NCBI GenBank assembly: GCA_046590165.1 | Contig: JBKJUR010000017.1 | Span: forward strand, 12,330-76,329 | Source of the DNA: Methylotenera sp. | GTDB taxonomy: Bacteria > Pseudomonadota > Gammaproteobacteria > Burkholderiales > Methylophilaceae | DNA: 64,000 bases | Reading direction: 5' to 3' | In this document: piece after piece, positions 1 through 7,567 of the stretch | Numbering within the stretch: position 1 is the first letter of the stretch | Layout: every line of letters begins with the position of its first letter | Translations under genes and position numbers: made by a program | The notes under the pieces: generated by a model | Told to the model about the DNA's origin: nothing | The model's input: the letters and a program-made list of their open reading frames with translations, nothing else | Database searches by the model: none

Positions 1-1162
1 AGCCGATTGCAATTGCACCCATTGGGCCTACAAAACCACACGCAGGTGTAATCGCTACCAAACCAGCAACAGCACCAGAAGCAGCACCTAACATAGATGG
101 TTTGCCTTTAAGCAGCCATTCTGAGAATGTCCAAGATAAAGTAGCCGCGCCAGTTGCAATCATTGTGTTAACCAAGGCTAATGCAGCGTAACCGTTAGCT
201 TCAAGATTAGAACCCGCGTTGAAACCGAACCATCCTACCCATAGTAAAGCAGCGCCAGCCATCGTTAAAGTTAAGCTATGAGGAGTCATTGCTTCTTTAC
301 CGTAACCAATACGTTTACCTAACACGAATGCAGCAACAATACCGGCAACACCAGCATTAATATGCACTACAGTACCGCCTGCAAAGTCTAGTGCGCCTTT
401 AGCCCATAACCAACCTGCATTCGCTACTACAGTTTCAAGTGATGCAGCATCAGTAATCGCATCAGGACCGTCCCAATACCAAACCATGTGCGCCATTGGC
501 AAGTAAGCAAATGTGAACCATAAAACCATGAATGCAAGCACAGCAGAGAATTTCATACGCTCAGCAAATGCACCAATAATCAACGCTGGTGTAATAGCAG
601 CAAAAGTCAATTGGAATGCAACAAATACTAGTTCAGGAATGTAAACACCCTTACTAAATGTCGCGCCAACTGAATCTGGCGTAATACCTGCTAAAAACGC
701 TTTTCCTAGGCCACCAAAGAATGGATTGCCGCCCGTAAATGCAACGCTGTAGCCATAAAGCGCCCACAGCACACCCATCATTGAGAAAATCATGAAAGTT
801 TGCATGAGCACTGAAAGCATATTTTTCTGACGCACTAGGCCGCCGTAAAATAAGCCCAAACCTGGGATTGCCATGAGTGTAACTAGCACAGTGGCAATTA
901 GCATCCATGTAGTATCACCTTTGTTTGGAACTGGTGCTGGTGCGGCAGCAGGCTCAGATGCGGCAGGTGCAGCTTCAGTCACTGTTACTGTTTCAACAAC
1001 AGCTTCAGCAGGTGCCATTTCAGCGGCAGGTGCAGCAACTTCTGGAGTAATTACCGCAGTTGCAGCATCAGCAACTGGCGCGCCATCTTCAGCGAATGAA
1101 TTGACTGTAAAACCAAAACCTAGCGTTGTGACCAACGCGAGCATCGAAAGTATTTTTTTCAT
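1..1162 (-). CDS. amtB: Ammonium transporter AmtB (C-terminal end lies beyond window start)
   Basis: The minus-strand frame is open from ATG at 1162-1160 to position 1. It is absent from the ORF track because there is no stop in the window. My translation gives the signal peptide MKKILSMLALVTTLGFGFTVNSFA, then FYGGLVRQKN, DFAGGTVVHINAG and GLVAITPACGFVGPMGAIAIG, which are typical Amt/MEP motifs. It starts 10 nt after the glnK stop. Confidence 0.93.
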   Translation of the reverse strand, partial: MKKILSMLALVTTLGFGFTVNSFAEDGAPVADAATAVITPEVAAPAAEMAPAEAVVETVTVTEAAPAASEPAAAPAPVPNKGDTTWMLIATVLVTLMAIPGLGLFYGGLVRQKNMLSVLMQTFMIFSMMGVLWALYGYSVAFTGGNPFFGGLGKAFLAGITPDSVGATFSKGVYIPELVFVAFQLTFAAITPALIIGAFAERMKFSAVLAFMVLWFTFAYLPMAHMVWYWDGPDAITDAASLETVVANAGWLWAKGALDFAGGTVVHINAGVAGIVAAFVLGKRIGYGKEAMTPHSLTLTMAGAALLWVGWFGFNAGSNLEANGYAALALVNTMIATGAATLSWTFSEWLLKGKPSMLGAASGAVAGLVAITPACGFVGPMGAIAIG

Positions 1163-1172
1163 TATCATCCCC

Positions 1173-1520
<348 letters not shown>

Positions 1521-1596
1521 CTAAATAATGTAATTTTGCGGCAGAAACTTACATCAAGTTCCTACCGCATATTACCAGTAATACCTACTTACGAAA

Positions 1597-2397
1597 TTAG
1601 AACGTTTTTTGAACGAATAATGTAAATTGTTCATCGGCGATACCGCCGCCAGCATATAGTGCATCGCCGTAGAATGAATCGCGGCCATTTGTGTCAGTGT
1701 AGTAACCACCGACGTTAACACCATTGCTCCATGATTTAGTAAGACCAAGTTTATAGTCTGTGTAAGAGCCTAAATCATTTTTAGCGCCTTCAGTTTTGCC
1801 GCTAAAATCTTGACGACCCACGTGCGCATTAACAGTTAAACCAGTTTCACCAATTGGATAGTTTGCATTTAATTCAGCGTAATATGAACCGTCTGCATTT
1901 TTTAAACCAAACGCGCCGTTAGAAGCTACAACAGAAACTTTTGCTTGTAACCATTTGTATGAAAGTGAACCGTATACTTCAGTTGTTTCAGCATTTCTGA
2001 ATGCTGGGTTAACCATATCACCTGGATAGATATATTGGAGTAAACCAACATTATAGCCAATGCCTGTTTCACCGATAGTACTTGCGTAACCACCATAAAC
2101 ATCAAACTCCAAGCTTGAGTTTTGATAAACGCCACCATCTTCTAGCCAGCTAATATTTGAACCCCAAACACCAGCATATAAGCCACTGCTATGTGAGTAA
2201 TCCATACCACCTTGAATAGCTGGGCGTTGTGAGGTTTGTGTTAAACCACGGAAAATATATTGACTATATAAGCCCATATTGTAAGTAAATGTGTGTGGTG
2301 ATGCTGGCTCTGCAGCGGGGGCTGCATCTTCTGCGAACGAAACTGCTGGCATGTAAAGCGCACCTAATACCGCCGTTAGTAATAGTGACTTACGCAT
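1597..2397 (-). CDS. TorF-family putative outer-membrane porin
   Basis: 266 aa with a signal peptide (MRKSLLLTAVLGALYMPAVSFA), alternating beta-strand pattern and a C-terminal F. The N-terminal YSQYIFRGLTQT...GGMDY motif matches my memory of the TorF/Gcw_chp family. It is co-directional with glnK-amtB. Confidence 0.7.
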   Translation of the reverse strand: MRKSLLLTAVLGALYMPAVSFAEDAAPAAEPASPHTFTYNMGLYSQYIFRGLTQTSQRPAIQGGMDYSHSSGLYAGVWGSNISWLEDGGVYQNSSLEFDVYGGYASTIGETGIGYNVGLLQYIYPGDMVNPAFRNAETTEVYGSLSYKWLQAKVSVVASNGAFGLKNADGSYYAELNANYPIGETGLTVNAHVGRQDFSGKTEGAKNDLGSYTDYKLGLTKSWSNGVNVGGYYTDTNGRDSFYGDALYAGGGIADEQFTLFVQKTF

Positions 2398-2448
2398 ATT
2401 GCTTAACTCCTAATGATTATTGAACAAAAAATACACTCAAAGGCACAA

Positions 2449-2463
2449 GCAAGGCATGTGCCA
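2449..2463 (-). promoter_or_regulatory. Sigma-54 (-24/-12) promoter upstream of porin-glnK-amtB
   Basis: The reverse complement of 2441-2464 reads TTGGCACATGCCTTGCTTGTGCCT, that is TGGCAC-N5-TTGC, an exact match to the RpoN consensus spacing. It lies about 50 nt upstream of the porin ATG (2397). Confidence 0.7.
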
Positions 2464-2582
2464 ACTTAAATAATGTTTATAATCAATGACATAATTATGT
2501 AACATTCACCCAAACCTTATGTAATTACAACTTAAAACCTGCTAAACTTAGCTTCAATATTCATTAAATGTAAGGAAATTGT

Positions 2583-2819
2583 ATGTTTAGTTCAGATAAG
2601 TTAAATGAAATATCTAATAAAATCAGAGGGATAGTGGTTAGCTCGCCATTGGCCGATATTGAAAAAAATATTAGCGCACTATTAAAGGGCGCGCTCACCA
2701 AAATGGAGCTTGTTACACGCGAGGAGTTTGATGTGCAGGCAGAAGTGCTACGCAATACACGTGAAAAACTGACATTGCTGGAACAGAAGCTGAGTGAGCT
2801 AGAGTCTCAAATTAAGTAA
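2583..2819 (+). CDS. ubiK: Ubiquinone biosynthesis accessory factor UbiK (YqiC/BMFP family)
   Basis: 78 aa coiled-coil protein. The ...[32 protein letters not shown] pattern is typical of UbiK/YqiC. Confidence 0.75.
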   Translation: MFSSDKLNEISNKIRGIVVSSPLADIEKNISALLKGALTKMELVTREEFDVQAEVLRNTREKLTLLEQKLSELESQIK

Positions 2820-2876
2820 TTAGCACAGCTATTCAATCTGCTGTTCATTCAACAAAAATTATAAAAAGTAAATAAA

Positions 2877-2974
2877 ATGAGCCTAGCCGTACTATATAGC
2901 CGCGCTTTGAGCGGCATGGATGCACCAGAGGTGGTGGTAGAAGTGCATCTAGCCAATGGACTGCCAAGCTTTAC
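2877..2974 (+). pseudogene. comM: comM/yifB 5' fragment (first 32 codons plus 2 nt), severed by island insertion
   Basis: ATG at 2877. It translates MSLAVLYSRALSGMDAPEVVVEVHLANGLPSFT(I), the conserved ComM/YifB N-terminus. The frame then runs into island DNA (LCTINFKST) and stops at TGA 3006-3008. Confidence 0.9.
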
Positions 2975-3111
2975 TATATTGTGTACTATTAATTTTAAGT
3001 CCACATGATGGCTTGAAATATGCCAACGATTGTTGGTGTCTCATAAAGTGCAATTGTTAATCATGTGCACTAATGAAGGGCACAACTATGCCCGTGTGTT
3101 TTATCAAGCGC

Positions 3112-3549
3112 TTATTTTGCTATTTCTGATCTGATTGTTTTAGCTGTTGTACTAAGTGTGTTATCTAACTCACCATTTTCTACAGCTTTTTTCAATAGTT
3201 CTATCGCAGGAATTAAAGTTTCAAGATTATCAACTTCAATACCAGTTTTTCCTTTCAGCAACTCAATCCGTTTATTTGCATATCTCACTTCAAAAATAAC
3301 TTTTCCTTCTGGTGTTGTGTACCACCAAGGCTTTATTCGACGCTGCCATTCAACCTGTTCCCGTTGACCAGTTTCAAGTTTAAATGACTTAAAACTAAGA
3401 ACAAAATAATCAGAGCCTTCTACTTTTGCTTTAGCGCACTCAAATTGATGCTCAAGTTTATTCAATAAATTGCTACGTCTTTGTAAAGTTGGTGATAAGT
3501 TTGCAGGCCTATTTGCAGTAATTACTTTTAAACCATCTAAATAACCCAT
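3112..3549 (-). CDS. Hypothetical protein (145 aa), first gene inside the island's left end
   Basis: The ORF has no stops. It is basic and helical (MGYLDGLKVITANRPANLSPTLQRRSNLLNKLEHQ...). It resembles small proteins I recall from ICE/plasmid backbones, but I cannot name the family with confidence. Confidence 0.55.
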   Translation of the reverse strand: MGYLDGLKVITANRPANLSPTLQRRSNLLNKLEHQFECAKAKVEGSDYFVLSFKSFKLETGQREQVEWQRRIKPWWYTTPEGKVIFEVRYANKRIELLKGKTGIEVDNLETLIPAIELLKKAVENGELDNTLSTTAKTIRSEIAK

Positions 3550-3651
3550 TTGAAAATCTCCAATAACGAATTTAATAAAATCACCTATATTTTTTAATGA
3601 AAATTAATACATGTGAGCGAAATGATGAGAAATAATAATCACATCAAGAAA

Positions 3652-3679
3652 ATGTAACATTTTGATAATTATGTTACAT
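3652..3679. promoter_or_regulatory. 28-bp palindromic site (ATGTAACATTT-TGATAA-TTATGTTACAT) in a divergent promoter region
   Basis: There are two copies of the 9-bp palindrome ATGTWACAT spaced 10 bp apart. Read another way, the site has 11-6-11 geometry. The right arm TTATGTTACAT differs by 1 nt from the E. coli dif XerD arm TTATGTTAAAT (from memory). It lies between the 145-aa gene and the tyrosine recombinase gene. Confidence 0.55.
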
Positions 3680-3730
3680 TAACTAAGGATATTATATAAT
3701 ATAACCCATTGAAATATATAGGTTATTTGT

Positions 3731-4300
3731 ATGGCGCAAGCAAAATCATTAACTATTGCACAATTTGAGCAGGTACTAGAATCAATAGTCCCAACAAGAT
3801 ATTCAGCCAGAGATAGAGCGATGATTTTACTTAGTTTTTGGTCTGGGATGAGAGTGGGAGAAATTGCAGCTTTAAAAATGAGCGATGTTATTACAATTGA
3901 AGGAATCATCATTGATGAAATTCGATTAAAGCCTGAACAAACTAAAGGAAAAAATTACAGGATGGTTATGATTGGCTTAAGACTATGTAATGAATTAAAT
4001 ATTTACATATCTACGCTAGGTCACGATGAAGTGGATGCTCCGTTATTTGTTTCTCAAAAAACCAAGAAAAAATTTAATCCAAATGCATTGGGACAAAAAT
4101 TCAAGCGTATGTTTGAGAATGCTGGCATTTATGGCGCTACAAGCCATAGTGGGAGGCGCACTTTTATTACCCAATTAGCAAATAAAGGTATAAGTGTCAG
4201 AGTTTTACAGTCTTTGGCAGGGCATAAGAGTATCGTTACGACCCAACTATATATCGATGTTAATGATGAAATGAAAAGAACAGCTGTAAATATGATGTAA
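3731..4300 (+). CDS. Short tyrosine recombinase (catalytic domain only, 189 aa)
   Basis: The catalytic residues appear in the canonical order: R in WSGMRVGEIAAL, H-x-x-R in SHSGRRTF, and H...Y in AGHKSIVTTQLYIDV. There is no N-terminal SAM-like core-binding domain. Confidence 0.8.
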   Translation: MAQAKSLTIAQFEQVLESIVPTRYSARDRAMILLSFWSGMRVGEIAALKMSDVITIEGIIIDEIRLKPEQTKGKNYRMVMIGLRLCNELNIYISTLGHDEVDAPLFVSQKTKKKFNPNALGQKFKRMFENAGIYGATSHSGRRTFITQLANKGISVRVLQSLAGHKSIVTTQLYIDVNDEMKRTAVNMM

Positions 4301-4365
4301 TAAAATTAAAACACTACTCTTAAAGTATTGATTCAAATGTAAACTTATTGAAAAAAATAGATATA

Positions 4366-4383
4366 TACCAATTTTAATTGGTA
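4366..4383. promoter_or_regulatory. 18-bp perfect palindrome TACCAATTTTAATTGGTA upstream of the SIR2 gene
   Basis: Read directly from the sequence. It sits 34 nt upstream of the SIR2 ATG (4417) and is a candidate operator or hairpin. Confidence 0.4.
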
Positions 4384-4416
4384 CTATATTTAATAATAAT
4401 AATTCAGGGGACCCTG

Positions 4417-5562
4417 ATGGTAGAACGGATAAATTTAGAAGAAATATACGATAAAAACATCAATATTCTTATTGGATCAGGAGCTTCATCTGGGTTGTTT
4501 CCAACCCTATCATTAAATATGAAGAATGATGATTCTTGGCACACTGTTGAAACAATAGCAACATTGATTGAACAATCAAAAAGTTCGGATAAGGTTAAGT
4601 TAAAAGCACTTCTGTTTATGCATTACTACAAAACTTGTATAAAACCCATATCCGAATTTGATGTAGATATACTGGATTCAGCACAGAGTTCAGTAATTGA
4701 AAATTATTCAATATTATTAAAAACAATTTTATACATTTTGGGTAAGCGACGCTCTTCCGACAGAAGGTGTAATTTATTCACAACCAACTATGATGGATGT
4801 CTTGCATTGACTGCAGATAAAATCTTAAAAGAGGGTAAAACTGAATTTATAATTAATGATGGAACACGTGGATTTAGGAAAAAATACTTACAAGCAAAAA
4901 ACTTTAATTCCTATGTCAGACAAACTGGAATATTTTCACTTCAACATAATGATTTGCAACAAATCAATCTAATTCACCTTCATGGTTCAGTATATTGGCA
5001 TAAGGATGGAGAAAATATTGTTGTTGACTACAGTAAGTCAATAAATTCTTTATTAGTATTTGATGAGGTTTACTTAGAAGCATTTTCTACCATGCTCGAA
5101 GATGAAAAGACCACATTTGAAATGCTTGAAATATACGCATCTTTGCTGGATGAAGATTTCGAAATAATTGCATCAAAGTTTTTAAATGAGTACAAACCTC
5201 TCCCAATCGTAAATCCTACAAAATGGAAGTTCCATGAAACGGTATTTGAAGAGCACTATTATCAAATGCTAAGAGCTATGAGTTACGAGCTCGAAAAACC
5301 AAATACTGTATTCATCACATTTGGGTTTTCATTTGCGGATGAACATATTTTAAATTTAGTAAAACGATCATTATCTAACCCAAGTCTACAGCTTTTTATT
5401 TGTTGCTTCGACTCAGCCAATGAAGAAAAATTGCGAGCTAAATTTATTGGTCATGAAAATGTTCAATTTATCGCAGCTAAAAGTGGAAATTTAAATTTCG
5501 AAAAATTTAATACTGAAATTTTCACCTTAAATCCTCCAACCCACCCAGTGAATGATGAGTAA
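4417..5562 (+). CDS. SIR2-like NADase domain protein (defense-type SIR2_2)
   Basis: Motifs GSGASSG (NAD-binding GxGxS), TTNYDGCL (TxNYD) and IHLHGSVYW (catalytic His). I prefer the ATG at 4417 (MVERINLEE...), which is preceded by CAGGGGA, over the track start at 4378. The stop overlaps the herA start (TAATG). Confidence 0.85.
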   Translation: MVERINLEEIYDKNINILIGSGASSGLFPTLSLNMKNDDSWHTVETIATLIEQSKSSDKVKLKALLFMHYYKTCIKPISEFDVDILDSAQSSVIENYSILLKTILYILGKRRSSDRRCNLFTTNYDGCLALTADKILKEGKTEFIINDGTRGFRKKYLQAKNFNSYVRQTGIFSLQHNDLQQINLIHLHGSVYWHKDGENIVVDYSKSINSLLVFDEVYLEAFSTMLEDEKTTFEMLEIYASLLDEDFEIIASKFLNEYKPLPIVNPTKWKFHETVFEEHYYQMLRAMSYELEKPNTVFITFGFSFADEHILNLVKRSLSNPSLQLFICCFDSANEEKLRAKFIGHENVQFIAAKSGNLNFEKFNTEIFTLNPPTHPVNDE

Positions 5563-7337
5563 TGACTATTAATGTAGGTGAAGTCATCGCGGTGAGAGGG
5601 GTTAGCATAACTCTAAAGATTTTCGATGAATCTAATAAAGATGTACTTTTTCATAGAGGGGAAAAATTCAAAGGTATTTCAATAAGGGAATACGTAACTA
5701 TTCAAAGAGGTTTCAAAAGCATTGTTTGTATAGTGCAAGGCGAATATTTAGACGAATCTAAATACGAAAAAGATGGTGTAGAGCGTATATCTTGGATACG
5801 TAAAGTTGAAGTAAAACCAATTGGATATTTTGAAAGTGATCTGTTTTTTGAAGGTATTAAATATCTTCCAATGATTAAGGATTTGGTTTTTTTAGCATCT
5901 GAAGAACAAATCAAAAGCATATTTAGTAAAGAAAATAGTAAAGATAAAGGTTTTGTAATTGGTGAGTTATTAAAAGAAGGACTTCCTATTTCTTTACCTT
6001 GGAAAAACCTATTCAATAGTCATATTGGTATATTTGGGAATACAGGTAGTGGAAAATCAAACACTCTTACCCACCTTTACACCACACTGTTTAAAGAAAA
6101 GAAAGAAAATATACAAGGTAAAAGCAAATTTGTAGTTTTAGATTTTAATGGGGAATATACAAAAAATCAGCTCATAGATGCAAATAATAAAAAAGTATAT
6201 AACTTAAGTACAAAAAATAATGATGGCGATAAATTTCCAGTTACACCAAATGAATTTTGGAATGCAGATACTTTATGCTTACTTTTTAAAGCCACCTCTA
6301 ATACTCAAACTCCCTTTATTAAAAGAGTTGTAAATGGTCAAAAGAAGTATGGTCAAAATGCTAATAGTTTGACAAATTATGTAAAAGCAACTTTTGAAAA
6401 AAATTTTAAAACGCAATCCCAGAAGAGAGAAACCATTGACTTACTAATTACTGTCGCAAAGGTAATCGGGAGTGAAGAGTTAATTAAGAAACTAAGTAGC
6501 CTGTCTTGGCATGGACAAGCTGGTAATTTTTATATCGTGAATGGACCACATTTTAATGGAGGCGATAGTCCTGCTTATGTAGCTATTTTTCAAGAAGAAG
6601 TTACCAACATAAATATTCAGAATTTAAACTTCTTCCAAGAGTTAATTTTAAGAATTAATTTACAGTTGGTGAATGATTTACTATCTGGATACGTTCAATT
6701 TGAGCATATCCAGCCACTTTTAAAACGCATTGAGGCATTAGCATTTAGCTTAGCTCAAATAATTGAAGTCAAAGATAATATTATTGAAAATAGGCTATTA
6801 ACCGTTATATCTTTAAGACAGTGCAATCAAGAGGTTAAAAAAGTTCTTCCCCTTTTAGTTGCCAAACATTTTTATGAAGGACACAAATCAACTGTAAATG
6901 CTCCTCCTGATAAAACTGTCCACTTAATCATCGATGAAGCTCATAATGTTTTATCACAACAATCATTAAGAGAAGAGGAGTCTTGGAAAGACTATCGTTT
7001 AGAACTTTTTGAGGAAATTATTAAGGAAGGAAGGAAGTTCGGATTTTATCTTACTTTGTCGAGTCAAAGGCCAGCAGACATTTCACCTACAATCATGTCG
7101 CAAGTTCATAATTTTTTTATACATAGATTAGTCAATGACCGAGATCTTTTTTTACTAGATAATACGATTAGCACTCTGGATAGTTTATCAAAAAGCATGA
7201 TTCCAAATCTATCTAAAGGGAGTTGTATACTTACTGGAACTGCATTTGATTTGCCTTTGCTAATTCAGGTAAATTTACTGATTAAGGAGCAACAGCCTGA
7301 TAGTGAAGATGTTGATCTAGAAGTTTTATGGACATAA
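5562..7337 (+). CDS. HerA-like (DUF87) hexameric ATPase/helicase
   Basis: 591 aa. Walker A is GIFGNTGSGKSNTL and Walker B is VHLIIDEAHNVL. It is followed by KEGRKFGFYLTLSSQRP, typical of the HerA/FtsK-like clade. It is translationally coupled to the SIR2 gene. Confidence 0.85.
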   Translation: MTINVGEVIAVRGVSITLKIFDESNKDVLFHRGEKFKGISIREYVTIQRGFKSIVCIVQGEYLDESKYEKDGVERISWIRKVEVKPIGYFESDLFFEGIKYLPMIKDLVFLASEEQIKSIFSKENSKDKGFVIGELLKEGLPISLPWKNLFNSHIGIFGNTGSGKSNTLTHLYTTLFKEKKENIQGKSKFVVLDFNGEYTKNQLIDANNKKVYNLSTKNNDGDKFPVTPNEFWNADTLCLLFKATSNTQTPFIKRVVNGQKKYGQNANSLTNYVKATFEKNFKTQSQKRETIDLLITVAKVIGSEELIKKLSSLSWHGQAGNFYIVNGPHFNGGDSPAYVAIFQEEVTNINIQNLNFFQELILRINLQLVNDLLSGYVQFEHIQPLLKRIEALAFSLAQIIEVKDNIIENRLLTVISLRQCNQEVKKVLPLLVAKHFYEGHKSTVNAPPDKTVHLIIDEAHNVLSQQSLREEESWKDYRLELFEEIIKEGRKFGFYLTLSSQRPADISPTIMSQVHNFFIHRLVNDRDLFLLDNTISTLDSLSKSMIPNLSKGSCILTGTAFDLPLLIQVNLLIKEQQPDSEDVDLEVLWT

Positions 7338-7567
7338 AAGAATTTCTATATATCTTAATAAACTAAGATGCCATTTTAAAAAACATAAAACTAAACAATT
7401 TTGACTAGTAATAAGTAGTTAAATCACTTAATTTAATATGGCTATGAGCGTATTCTTGGCAAAATAAATGCTGATGGAATAGTTATTAATTTAGGACATA
7501 TTAAGCGCGGAATGATTTTTACTAATGAAATATAAAACCGATTTAACAAGAAAATACTAAGAATAAA

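Noticed and set aside
2497-2505. Third copy of ATGTAACAT, the half-site of the 3652-3679 palindrome, in the ubiK/porin intergenic region
   Set aside because: My rough estimate is that a single 9-mer palindrome of this AT-rich composition should occur about once by chance in 64 kb. It has no partner half-site nearby.
7437-7535. Stop-to-stop 32-codon frame (YGYERILGKINADGIVINLGHIKRGMIFTNEI) between herA and the primase-helicase gene that looks protein-like
   Set aside because: It has no start codon apart from one 7 codons from the end. It cannot be verified without a database search and may be a gene remnant.
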